DNA of 64,000 nucleotides from an uncultured Chloroflexia bacterium (GCA_963763775.1 CAVXPZ010000004.1:656467-720466), one strand, 5' to 3'. Positions 11,427 through 20,572 are shown, numbered from the stretch's first letter. Notes: a model not told the origin generated them from the letters alone. Numbers and translations: made by a program.

Positions 11427-12806
11427 TCAACCGGGTGCGGCGGCGGGTGGCGGCGCGGATGCGACGGGCGGCGCGGCCTGGCGCAACGCCTCCGTGGCCG
11501 GCGGCCGCCCGCGGCGCGCGCCGAGCAACTCGGTGACGATGAAGGCCACCACCACCGCGACGATGATGAGCGGCGCCAGGGCCAGCCCGGCCTGGGTCAC
11601 GACCATCGCGAGGATCACCGCCGAGAGCGGCAGGCGAAGCATCGAGACCGTCATCGCGCCCATCCCGATCGCGATCATCACCGTCTCGGACAGCCCGAGC
11701 AGGTTCGCCGCGAGCAGACCGCCGACGAGCCCCAGGAACATCGCCGGGAACGTGGGGCCGCCGCGGAAACTCCCCAGCGAGACACTCCAGGCGAGACCCT
11801 TGAAGACCAGCAGCGCGGCGAGCGTCGCGACCGACAGGGTCGGCCCGAGCTGGACGACCTGCCCCATGGCGTCCTGGCCGGAGAACAGCACGGACTCGGC
11901 CGGCTGTCCGGTGACCTGGGCGAAGGCGATCGCGAGGACCGCGACCACGAGACCCGCGACCGGGATGAGCAGGAGCGGCCGTTTCATGACCACGTCCTCG
12001 GCCTTCCAGGCGAGCTCGAGGATGACCCGGACGAAGATGGCGCACAGGACACCGAGCACGATCGCCAGCACGAACTCGCTGATGCCCAGGTCGGGCGGCG
12101 CCGGCAGCCCGAGCGGTCCCAGCGCGTACGCGGACGTACTGAGCCCGCTGAGGTTGCCCATGCCGATGAAGACCACGGACCCGATCCCGGCGGCGATCAG
12201 CCCGGGGAGCAGCACCAGGGGCAGGGTCGGCCCGCCCAGGCCGGCCGCCTCGATGATGATCACCGCGCCGATGACCGGGTTGCCGAAGATCGTGGAGATC
12301 GCCGCGAAACTCCCCGCGGCGGCCATGACCAGCTTCACCTGGTCGGGTGCGCCCTTCCGGACGAGGTCGACCGTGAGGAGCGCGAGTCCCCCGCCGAGCG
12401 CGATCAGGGGCGCCTCGGGGCCGAGGACCACGCCCAGGCCGATGCCCGCGACGGCCGCGAGCAGGACACCGGGCAGCATCGCCGGGAGCGTCGGCGGTCC
12501 GGCCGAGAGGCCGGCCGCCGGTCGATGCCCGCCGTGCCCGGGCATCCGGACGATGGCGTACGCGATCGGGATGCCGGCGAGGCCGAGGATGGGTAGCGGC
12601 CACCACCCCGGTGTGTCCGCGAACCCGATCGCGGCCGGAAGGTCGACGTAGACCCAGTGCTGCATCCGCACGGTCAGCTCGAGGAAGGCCCAGCCGACCA
12701 GGGACACGACGATCCCGACGATCGCCGCAAGGATGAGGACGGCGATGTAGCCGCGGCTCCGGATGAGGGCGCCGGGGTCGATCGGATGGTCGGCGGCAGC
12801 GGTCAC
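11427..12806 (-). CDS. Voltage-gated chloride channel (ClC) family protein, divergent
   Basis: Multi-TM; GVVLGPEAP and FRGGPTFP motifs; GTG start after AAGGAG. Confidence 0.8.
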   Translation of the reverse strand: MTAAADHPIDPGALIRSRGYIAVLILAAIVGIVVSLVGWAFLELTVRMQHWVYVDLPAAIGFADTPGWWPLPILGLAGIPIAYAIVRMPGHGGHRPAAGLSAGPPTLPAMLPGVLLAAVAGIGLGVVLGPEAPLIALGGGLALLTVDLVRKGAPDQVKLVMAAAGSFAAISTIFGNPVIGAVIIIEAAGLGGPTLPLVLLPGLIAAGIGSVVFIGMGNLSGLSTSAYALGPLGLPAPPDLGISEFVLAIVLGVLCAIFVRVILELAWKAEDVVMKRPLLLIPVAGLVVAVLAIAFAQVTGQPAESVLFSGQDAMGQVVQLGPTLSVATLAALLVFKGLAWSVSLGSFRGGPTFPAMFLGLVGGLLAANLLGLSETVMIAIGMGAMTVSMLRLPLSAVILAMVVTQAGLALAPLIIVAVVVAFIVTELLGARRGRPPATEALRQAAPPVASAPPPAAAPG

Positions 12807-12953
12807 GCGGTCTCCTTCGGGCGGGCACCGAATGCTACTAGACGGCACTGCACCGTCGACGTCCGGGACGACGTCCCAGCAGGGACGCTAGAATGCCGCG
12901 GCGTCCCGCGGGCGGGTCGCACTCCGCTCTGACACCAGCACCTTGGGAGACCC

Positions 12954-14009
12954 ATGCGCAAGCTCGCCTTCATCGTGATCGCCGCCCTCGCCGCGGTGAT
13001 CGTCGCCGCGTGCGGCAGCAGCACGAGCAACCTGACCGGCAAGGATTGGCACCTGACCGCGATCACCGAGAAGGTGCCGGCGTACCAGGGCGTCGTGCCA
13101 GCGGAGAACCAGGGCAAGTACACGATCACGTTCAACACGGATGAGACGTACAACGGCAAGGCCGACTGCAACGTCTTCGCCGGGACGTACAAGACGACCG
13201 GCTCGGGAGGCCTGACGATCAGCGCCGGACCGTCGACGCTGGCCTTCTGCCCGGACGGTTCGTACTCGGACCTCTTCATCCATGCCCTCACCCAGGCCGA
13301 GAGCTACGCCGTCGCGAACGACCAGCTGACGATCACCCTCAAGGACGGCGGGATGCTGGTGTTCGTGGTCGGGACGCCTGGCGCCTCCGCGAGTGCCGAG
13401 GCGGTCGTGACGGCCTCTCCGACGCCGACGGCCTCCCCCACTCCGACGCCGACGCCCACGCCGACGCCGACACCCACCGCGTCCCCGACACCAACGCCCA
13501 CGCCGACGCCCACCGCGTCCCCGACCGCGACGCCGAAGCCGAGTGGCAGCGCCAAGCCGACGGCCACGCCGGCGCCTACGCCCACACCCACCCCGAAGCC
13601 CACGCCGGCCCCGACGCCCAAGCCGACCCCGGCCCCGACGCCGGCTCCGACCCCGTCGCCCGGAGCGGGCCTGGTCGGCCCGACGTGGCGGTTGAGCAGC
13701 ATCACCGAGCGAAACCCGGCCTTCCAGGGCGTCATCCCCGAGGCCGATCGCGACAAGTACACGATCTCGTTCGCGGCGGCCGGCACGTTCAGCGCCCGCG
13801 CCGACTGCAACACGGTCAACGGCACGTGGACGGCCACCGCCTCGGGCGGGCTGACCCTCACGCTCGGACCGTCGACGCTCGTGATCTGCGGTGAGGGCTC
13901 GTTCTCGGACCTCTACATCCTCGGTCTGAGCAACGCGGCGAGCTACACCGTCGCGGGGACGACGCTGACGATCACGCTCCACGACCAGGGCACGCTCGTC
14001 TACCAGTAG
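12954..14009 (+). CDS. META domain lipoprotein, two META domains joined by a Pro/Thr linker
   Basis: Lipobox VAAC; KADCNVFAG...STLAFC and RADCNTVNG...STLVIC. Confidence 0.85.
   Translation: MRKLAFIVIAALAAVIVAACGSSTSNLTGKDWHLTAITEKVPAYQGVVPAENQGKYTITFNTDETYNGKADCNVFAGTYKTTGSGGLTISAGPSTLAFCPDGSYSDLFIHALTQAESYAVANDQLTITLKDGGMLVFVVGTPGASASAEAVVTASPTPTASPTPTPTPTPTPTPTASPTPTPTPTPTASPTATPKPSGSAKPTATPAPTPTPTPKPTPAPTPKPTPAPTPAPTPSPGAGLVGPTWRLSSITERNPAFQGVIPEADRDKYTISFAAAGTFSARADCNTVNGTWTATASGGLTLTLGPSTLVICGEGSFSDLYILGLSNAASYTVAGTTLTITLHDQGTLVYQ
13410..13660 (+). repeat. Coding low-complexity (PT/PK/PA)n repeat
   Basis: Repeated ACGCCG/ACGCCC hexamers encoding TPTPTPTP...KPTPAPTP. Confidence 0.85.
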
Positions 14010-14045
14010 ACCCGGGGAACCTGTGCCGGGGCTGGGGAGCGGTCC

Positions 14046-15269
14046 TCAGCCCTGCTGGAGGTAGATCTTTCCGCTCGCCTGGTCGACTTTGATGGGGAGC
14101 TCGGTCAACGGCGTGTCCGTCGGCCCGCCGACCACCGCGGCGTGGTGTCCCGGGTCGAAGGCGGCGCCGTGGCACGGGCACAGCAGCAGGCCGGAGGCCC
14201 GGTCGTAGCGAACGGTGCACCCGGCGTGCGTGCAGACGGTGTCGTACGCCGCGACCGAGCCGTCCGGCAGTCGGACGATCACGGCGGGGTCGCCGGTCGA
14301 CTGGACGTGGAACCGTCGCGCCTGACCCACGGGGACCTGATCGAGCGTGCCGAGCAACGTACCGGTCACACCGGCGGCGGGGGCGGACGACGGCGCTGCG
14401 GACCCTCCTTGGGCCCCCGACACTGCCTGGGCCGACGGGGCGTCCGTCGCGCCGCCGGCTGGGGCCGAGCCCGGGTTCCCCTGCGCGGCCGTGGCGTCCG
14501 GGAAGGTGCCGGCGCCCTGGTCTGCCGCGGCGACGACCGGCGCCGACCGTGACAGGAATCGTCCGAACGCCGCCAGGCCGATGCTGGCGAAGGCGAGGAT
14601 CCCGAGCTGCAGCGCCGTCCGACGTCCGGGGTCGGCCGGGTCCTCCCAGCGGGCGGCACCGGCCCAGGCCGAACGCGAGGCCGACGCCGCCTCGCGTCGA
14701 GCGAGCCACGACTCGATCGTCAGCACGCCACCGGAACCGGCCGCGGCCAGCGTGATCCACCCGAGCGCGTACGGGAGGTCCGGCCCGAGGTAGTACGGCC
14801 GCGTCGTCCACGATGCGGTCAGGAAGAACAGGATCGAGAGGCCGGCGCCGGCGATCGCGCTCCAGCGGTAGAGCAACCCGAGGACGGCCCCGAGGCCGAC
14901 GGCGATCTCGAGGAGTGAGATCCCCAGCCCGGTCAGGACCGGGAACGGTTGGGCGAAGATCGTCACGAGCGGCGCGAGCGGCGAGACCCGGACGAATTCC
15001 TGGAGCTGCATGGCGATCGACCCTGGACCGTCCGACCGAAGGAACGCCGGGTCGAGCAGCTTGTCCAGACCGGCGTACACGAACATCGCGCCCAGGAAGA
15101 AGCGGAGGGGCAGCAGCGCCGCGGCCGGGACGGATCCGCGGAGGGTCTCCGGCAGGCCGGGCCCCTCGTCGGCCTCGTCAGCCGTCCCGGGAGGTCGGCG
15201 TGGCTGGGCGAACGGGTCGAATGCCGCCCCGTGCGATCGGCGGGCGGAGCGGGAACGTCGTGAGGACAC
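14046..15269 (-). CDS. DoxX/TQO DoxD-like membrane domain fused to Rieske [2Fe-2S] domain
   Basis: LLPLRFFLGAMFVYAGLDKL, EIAVGLG, YYLGPDLPY; internal GRRTALQ; CTHAGC...CPCHG. Confidence 0.85.
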   Translation of the reverse strand: MSSRRSRSARRSHGAAFDPFAQPRRPPGTADEADEGPGLPETLRGSVPAAALLPLRFFLGAMFVYAGLDKLLDPAFLRSDGPGSIAMQLQEFVRVSPLAPLVTIFAQPFPVLTGLGISLLEIAVGLGAVLGLLYRWSAIAGAGLSILFFLTASWTTRPYYLGPDLPYALGWITLAAAGSGGVLTIESWLARREAASASRSAWAGAARWEDPADPGRRTALQLGILAFASIGLAAFGRFLSRSAPVVAAADQGAGTFPDATAAQGNPGSAPAGGATDAPSAQAVSGAQGGSAAPSSAPAAGVTGTLLGTLDQVPVGQARRFHVQSTGDPAVIVRLPDGSVAAYDTVCTHAGCTVRYDRASGLLLCPCHGAAFDPGHHAAVVGGPTDTPLTELPIKVDQASGKIYLQQG

Positions 15270-15459
15270 GGGCCATCCTTGCGGTCATCGAGAGCGAGCG
15301 GTCAGGGCGCGAGTCTGTCTGCCCGGCGGTTATGTTCGGGCGCACGGTTGGCCAAGATTCCGAAACCTTTGTGAAGTCTCATCTCCGGCACCATGCGGGG
15401 GTCGCCACCGCCCCTCAGACTGTGTCCATCCGCCGATCCGCCCGGAACGAGGTGATCCC

Positions 15460-15849
15460 ATGCTGGCCGATTCGATGATGGTGACGACGGTCGCGGTGAC
15501 CGATCTCGAACGGGCGAAGGCCTTCTTCGCCGATCGACTCGGCCTGCCGGTGCTCGACGAGCAACCGTTCGCGATCCGGTTCGGTGCCGGGCGCGGGACC
15601 CAGATCTCGGTCAGGCGCGGCCAGCCCAATGTCGGACAGACCGTCGGCCATTTCGAGGTCGACGACATCGAGACCGTCGTGCGCGACCTCACGTCGCGCG
15701 GCGTCCCGTTCCAGGAGTACGAGACCCCCAAGACCGTCGACTTCATCGCGCAGGTCGGTCCCGCCCGCGGCGCCTGGTTCACCGATCCCGACGGCAACGT
15801 CTTCGGCGTTCGGGAGGGCCCGGTGCCCTCCGCCGCGGCCGCCGGCTAG
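15460..15849 (+). CDS. VOC/glyoxalase family protein
   Basis: VTDLERAKAFF...LGL, FEVDDIE, AWFTDPDGN. Confidence 0.88.
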   Translation: MLADSMMVTTVAVTDLERAKAFFADRLGLPVLDEQPFAIRFGAGRGTQISVRRGQPNVGQTVGHFEVDDIETVVRDLTSRGVPFQEYETPKTVDFIAQVGPARGAWFTDPDGNVFGVREGPVPSAAAAG

Positions 15850-15852
15850 CGT

Positions 15853-15878
15853 GAGGCCCTCCCGGTCGGGAGGGCCTC
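15853..15878. terminator. GC-rich hairpin between convergent genes
   Basis: GAGGCCCTCCCG-GT-CGGGAGGGCCTC; no U-tract. Confidence 0.65.
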
Positions 15879-15901
15879 GACGGACGGAGCCGGGTCGTTC
15901 C

Positions 15902-18673
15902 TCAGGCTGCCGCGGGGGCCGCGGTTCCCGAGGAGGTGACAGCCGCGGCCTCGTCGACCGTGCTGATCTTGAGCAGCTTCCTGGCCTCTTCGACCACGAT
16001 GATCGCCAGGGCGACGAGGAGGCAGATGGCCCACTGGTCGGGCGACAGGCTCACCGTGCCCAGGAGCCGCTGAAGGACCCCGAGTTCGGTGGCCAGGATG
16101 ATCGTCAGGACCGACAGGCCCGTCCCGATCAGGAGCGGGCGGTTCCCGAGGACGGATCCGCTGAACAGCGACTCGTCCACGTCCGCCGTCTCCAGCGAGG
16201 AGAAGAGTCGGAACAGGGCGAAGGTGGTCATCCCCATCGTGCGGGCGATCGTGTCGTCGTAGTTGGCACTTCCCCAGGCGAGCACGCCGAGCGTGCCGGC
16301 GGCCATCACCAACCCGCAGAACACGAGCCAGGTCAGGAGACGGCGGGGCATGATCTTCTGCGACTTGGGCCGCGGCGGGACCTCCATGAGTCCCTCGCGG
16401 GGCTTCCCGTAGCCGAGACCGAGGCCCTGGAAGACGTTGACCGTGAAGTTGAGCCACAACGTCTGCAGCGGCAGGAACGGGATGCCGCCGACGATGTCGA
16501 AGATGGCCGACCCGAGGAACGTCGCGATGTATCCGAAGAGCCCCGCCATCTGGAACCGGATGAAGCGCAGCATGTTGTCGTAGACGGAGCGCCCGAGGCC
16601 GACCGCCTTCACGATCGTCGCGTAGTTGTCGTCGGTGAGGATCATCACCGCGGCCTGCTTGCTGACCTCCGTTCCGGTGATCCCCATCGCGATGCCGATG
16701 TCGGCCTTCTTGAGCGCCGGGGCGTCGTTCACGCCGTCGCCGGTCATCCCGACGACATGGCCCTTCTTCTTGAGGATGTCCACCAGGTGGACCTTGTCCT
16801 CGGGCGAGACGCGGGCGATGACGCCGATGCCGTCGATCTCGCGCATCGCCTCGTCATCGCTCATCGCCCGGAACTCGGCGCCGGTGATGGCCCGGCCCTC
16901 GATGCCGAGCTGGTGCGCGATCGCCCCGGCGGTGACCGCATGGTCGCCGGTGATCATCCGGACCTGGATGCCGGCAGCGTGAGCACGCGCGATCGCATCC
17001 TTCGCCGCGGGTCGCGGCGGGTCGACGATGCCGATCATGGCGAGGAGCGTGAGTCCGTCGATGGCGGGCAGCAGGTCGGCGTTGGGATCGAACGTCGCCG
17101 GGTCGAAGTCCTTCTGGCCGGTCGCCATGACCCGCAGGCCCTGGGTGCCGAGCCGCTCGTTCTCGGCGAGGAAGCCATCGCGGATCTGATCGAGCGGCAC
17201 GGCTTTGCCGTCCGGGCCGTGGACGTCCTTCGCCCGCGCGAGGAGCTGGTCCGGTGCCCCCTTGATGTACGCGCGGATGACGTCCTTGCCATCCGCGTCC
17301 TTCATGGCGTGGAATGTCGCCATCATCTTGTAAGCGGCGTCGAACGGCAGGGTCGCCACCCGCGGGTACTGCTCCCGGGTCAGCGTGGGATCGACGCCGC
17401 CCTTGGCCGCCAGGACGACCAACGCGCCTTCCGTCGGGTCGCCGACGAGCGCGCCGTCGCGGACCTCGGCGTCGGCGCACAGCGCCATCGGCAGGAGGTA
17501 GGGCTCGAGCGGGAGGTCGGGCTGGCCGCCGGTGTGGGTGATCTGCCCGGTCGTCTGGTATCCGTCGCCGCTGATCGCGTACCGCCGCCCGACGATGGCC
17601 ATCTGGACCGCCGTCATCTGGTTGAGCGTGAGGGTCCCGGTCTTGTCCGAGTTGAGCGCAGAGGTCGACCCCAGCGTCTCGACCGAGCGCAGACGCTTCA
17701 TGATCGCCCCCGCCTCCGCGAGCGCCTGCGAACCCTTCGACAGGATGGCGGTGACGACCGCCGGGAGGGCCGTCGGGATCGCGGCCACGGCGAAGGCGAC
17801 GGCGCTCAGGAACAGCTCCTGGAGCTGGACGCCACGGTACAGGCCGAGCCCGACCGACACCGCGAGCGCAACGCCCGCGATGATCAGGATCTGGTTCGTC
17901 AGCGCGTCGAGCTGCTTGGTCAGCGGGGTCTTCTCGATCGTCGTCGACTGGAGCATCCCGCTGATATGGCCGACCTCGGTGGCCATGCCGGTGGTGACCA
18001 CAAGGACCGTTCCGGCACCCCTCGTGACCTGGCAGTTCATGAACGCCATGTCCACCCGGTCGCCGAGCGCGGCGTCGGCGGCGACCACGTCGACCTGCTT
18101 GGGCGTGGGGACGCTCTCTCCGGTGAGGGCGGACTCGTCGATCTCGAGGGTCGCCGCGGTCAGGATCCGCGCGTCCGCTGGGACGAGGTCGCCCGCCTCG
18201 ATGTTGACGATGTCACCCGGGACGAGCTGGTCCATCGGGATCTCGACGAGGTCGCCGTCGCGCCGCACCTTCGCCTTGACGACCATCATGCCCTGCAGGG
18301 CGGAGGCACTCGCTTCCGCCTTGCCCTCCTGGTTCATCGCCATCCAGGCGTTGAACACCGTCAAGAGGATCAGGAAGACGCCGGTGTAGAACTGGCCCGG
18401 CAGGAAGAGACAGACGGTGCCGGCGATCAGCAGCACGATCTGCATCGGGTCGGCGTACTGCCGCGTGAACATCTGGAGCGGCGACGCCTTCTTGGCCTCG
18501 GCGAACGTGTTCTTGCCATAGGTCGCGCGCCGGGCGTCCGCCTCGGCCGAGGTCAGGCCGCTGGCAGGGTCGACCTTGAGGCGGCTGGCGGCATCCTCCG
18601 GGGACAGCGCGTACCACGCCACATCGGGCGCGGCCTGGACGGCGCCGGTGGACTGACCGGTGGCGGCGGTCAT
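15902..18673 (-). CDS. P-type ATPase, P2-like architecture with non-canonical transport site
   Basis: LTGES, DKTGTLT, KGAPD, MITGDH, TGDGVNDAPALK; M4 IPTALP. Confidence 0.92.
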   Translation of the reverse strand: MTAATGQSTGAVQAAPDVAWYALSPEDAASRLKVDPASGLTSAEADARRATYGKNTFAEAKKASPLQMFTRQYADPMQIVLLIAGTVCLFLPGQFYTGVFLILLTVFNAWMAMNQEGKAEASASALQGMMVVKAKVRRDGDLVEIPMDQLVPGDIVNIEAGDLVPADARILTAATLEIDESALTGESVPTPKQVDVVAADAALGDRVDMAFMNCQVTRGAGTVLVVTTGMATEVGHISGMLQSTTIEKTPLTKQLDALTNQILIIAGVALAVSVGLGLYRGVQLQELFLSAVAFAVAAIPTALPAVVTAILSKGSQALAEAGAIMKRLRSVETLGSTSALNSDKTGTLTLNQMTAVQMAIVGRRYAISGDGYQTTGQITHTGGQPDLPLEPYLLPMALCADAEVRDGALVGDPTEGALVVLAAKGGVDPTLTREQYPRVATLPFDAAYKMMATFHAMKDADGKDVIRAYIKGAPDQLLARAKDVHGPDGKAVPLDQIRDGFLAENERLGTQGLRVMATGQKDFDPATFDPNADLLPAIDGLTLLAMIGIVDPPRPAAKDAIARAHAAGIQVRMITGDHAVTAGAIAHQLGIEGRAITGAEFRAMSDDEAMREIDGIGVIARVSPEDKVHLVDILKKKGHVVGMTGDGVNDAPALKKADIGIAMGITGTEVSKQAAVMILTDDNYATIVKAVGLGRSVYDNMLRFIRFQMAGLFGYIATFLGSAIFDIVGGIPFLPLQTLWLNFTVNVFQGLGLGYGKPREGLMEVPPRPKSQKIMPRRLLTWLVFCGLVMAAGTLGVLAWGSANYDDTIARTMGMTTFALFRLFSSLETADVDESLFSGSVLGNRPLLIGTGLSVLTIILATELGVLQRLLGTVSLSPDQWAICLLVALAIIVVEEARKLLKISTVDEAAAVTSSGTAAPAAA

Positions 18674-19647
18674 GCCTTCTTCCTCTTCTTCGACTTCTTC
18701 GCGGCCTTCTCGGCGAGCTCGGCCTCGATCGGATCCGGCGCGGCGCCGGGAGGCGCCTGGCCTTCGAGCTCGACCTTCGCCGCCCCCAGCGCCTCCTTGG
18801 CCTCCTTGGAGACCTTCGGGAACTTCGGGTCGATCTGGATCAGGGTGTGGGCCAGGACGGCTGCCGCCGCAACGCGAGCGAACGGCTTGTCATCCGCCGG
18901 GATCACGTACCACGGCGCCCACGGCGTGCTCGTATTCGACAGCACCTCGCTGAAGGCCTTCTGGTAGTCGTCCCAGAACATCCGCTCCTTGGCGTCGTTC
19001 GCGCTGAACTTCCAGTTCCGGTCCGCCTCGTCGATCCGGGTCAGGAACCGCCGGCGCTGCTCTTCCTTGCTCACGTTCAGGAACATCTTCGCGAACCGGT
19101 AGCCCTGGTCGGCGAGGTAGTGCTCCCAGTCGTTGATCTCCCGGAACCGGCGCTGCCAGATGCCGCGATCCTTGAGCTTGGGCGGGATCTTCTGCCCGGC
19201 CAGGATCTGCGGGTGCACGCGGACGACGAGGACCTCCTCGTAGTAGGAGCGGTTGAAGATCCCGATGTTGCCGCGCTCGGGGAGCCGCTTCTGGTACCGC
19301 CACAGGTAGTCGTGGTCGAGGTCCTCGCTCGAGGGGATCTTGAAGCTGCTGACCTGGACGCCCTGCGGGTTCACGCCGCTCATGACGTGCCGGATCGTGC
19401 CGTCCTTGCCCGCGGCGTCCATCGCCTGGAGCACCACCAGCACGGCGAAGTCGTCCTGCGCGGCCAGTCGCATCTGGTACTCCGCGAGCATCTCCGTGCC
19501 CTGGGCGAGGATGGCCTTCGCCTCGGCCTTCGTCTGCTGTCGCGTGCCGGACGGGTCGAAGTCCTTGGGCAGCCGGACGCGACGGCCAGGCTCGACGCGG
19601 AATGGCTTGATGAAGTCGGCGATCCGCTTGGGTCCGATGGCAGGCAT
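18670..19647 (-). CDS. ppk2: Polyphosphate kinase 2 family (class III-like) polyP:nucleotide phosphotransferase
   Basis: QAMDAAGKDGTI Walker A, FNRSYYEEVL, lid RIDEADRNWKFS, APWYVIPAD. Confidence 0.9.
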   Translation of the reverse strand: MPAIGPKRIADFIKPFRVEPGRRVRLPKDFDPSGTRQQTKAEAKAILAQGTEMLAEYQMRLAAQDDFAVLVVLQAMDAAGKDGTIRHVMSGVNPQGVQVSSFKIPSSEDLDHDYLWRYQKRLPERGNIGIFNRSYYEEVLVVRVHPQILAGQKIPPKLKDRGIWQRRFREINDWEHYLADQGYRFAKMFLNVSKEEQRRRFLTRIDEADRNWKFSANDAKERMFWDDYQKAFSEVLSNTSTPWAPWYVIPADDKPFARVAAAAVLAHTLIQIDPKFPKVSKEAKEALGAAKVELEGQAPPGAAPDPIEAELAEKAAKKSKKRKKA

Positions 19648-19713
19648 GGGGCAGGTCCTTTCGAACGACCCGCGAGCGCCGGATGTCGGCAGCGCTCCGG
19701 ACGACAAAGGATA

Positions 19714-19730
19714 TCGTCCGCACGGGGCGG
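19714..19730 (-). promoter_or_regulatory. Palindromic box upstream of ppk2
   Basis: Minus strand reads CCGCCC-CGTGC-GGACGA-T, same spacer as the box at 19786. Confidence 0.45.
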
Positions 19731-19785
19731 CCGGCGCGGCAGATGCCGTTCGTCACCATCCGGGCCAGCTCGAACCACGGCCGCT

Positions 19786-19806
19786 TCATCCCGTGCGGGT
19801 GATGCG
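19786..19806 (+). promoter_or_regulatory. Palindromic box upstream of DUF6325 gene
   Basis: TCATCC-CGTGC-GGGTGA-TGCG. Confidence 0.55.
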
Positions 19807-19908
19807 CCGCGACGTCGGGCGTGGTGGACTTGTCCGTGGATGTCGCTCTGAGCGGCTCGCTCGGCGAGCCGGGCCCGCGGCACCAATCACCGAACGGATG
19901 GAGACGCC

Positions 19909-20364
19909 ATGACCGACCGATCCATCGACGAGCTGGGGCCCGTCGACTTCCTGATCGTCGAGTTCCCCGTGGGATCACAGAACTTCACCGGCGAGGGCGC
20001 GGACGAACTCCTGCGGCTCCACGACGCCGGGATCATCCGGATCATGGACATCCTCATCCTCCAGAAGGACGAGGACGGCTCGGTCGAGGCCATGGAGCTG
20101 TCCGACCTTGACGAGCTGGGCGAACTCTCGCGTCTCGAGGCGGAGCTCGCGCAGACGCTCGCCGAAGACGATGTCGAGCACCTGGCGGCCGCCATGGACC
20201 CGGGCAGCATCGCCGGCGTCCTCGTGTACGAGAACCTGTGGGCCGCCCCGTTCGCCTCGGCCATGCGCCGGGCCGGCGGGCAGCTCATCGCCAACGGCCG
20301 GATCCCGATCCAGGCCCTCATCGCCGCCGTCGAGGCGGACGAGCTCGAAGCAGCAGGAGGCTGA
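19909..20364 (+). CDS. DUF6325-like acidic protein
   Basis: LGPVDFLIVEFP...GIIRIMDILILQKDEDG...VLVYENLWAAPFASAMRRAGGQLIANGRIP. Confidence 0.8.
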   Translation: MTDRSIDELGPVDFLIVEFPVGSQNFTGEGADELLRLHDAGIIRIMDILILQKDEDGSVEAMELSDLDELGELSRLEAELAQTLAEDDVEHLAAAMDPGSIAGVLVYENLWAAPFASAMRRAGGQLIANGRIPIQALIAAVEADELEAAGG

Positions 20365-20365
20365 C

Positions 20366-20572
20366 ATGCCACTCGGACCAGGTCGCCGCGGCGTCGGCGT
20401 CGTCGGCGCCCCCGTCGCCAAGACCGCCGCCGTCGTCGCGGTCGCCAAGCCCGGCCCGTCACCGGTCGCCAAGGCCGCCGTCGTCGGCGCGGCCGTGTCG
20501 CCAGGGCCGTCACCCGTCGCCAAGGCGGCCGTCGTCGGCGCCGTGGTCACCCCGGGTCGCCGGCGCTTCTAG
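20366..20572 (+). CDS. 68-aa basic microprotein with three 17-aa repeats
   Basis: Strong RBS AGGAGG; PVAK(T/A)AxVxAxxxPG repeated three times; GC3-rich codons. Confidence 0.7.
   Translation: MPLGPGRRGVGVVGAPVAKTAAVVAVAKPGPSPVAKAAVVGAAVSPGPSPVAKAAVVGAVVTPGRRRF

Noticed and set aside
12855-12890. Additional copy of the TCAYCC-N5-GGRYGA box upstream of ClC/META
   Set aside because: Only CGTCCC-AGCA-GGGACG with wrong spacing and a half match; insufficient
13410-13660. Repeat array as CRISPR or non-coding VNTR
   Set aside because: In-frame Pro/Thr linker with degenerate codons; no repeat-spacer structure and no cas genes
15584-18967. 1127-aa plus-strand ORF and similar long antisense ORFs (5288-7303, 7345-9453, 55191-56987)
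   Set aside because: Shadow ORFs opposite real genes, caused by high GC3; no motifs
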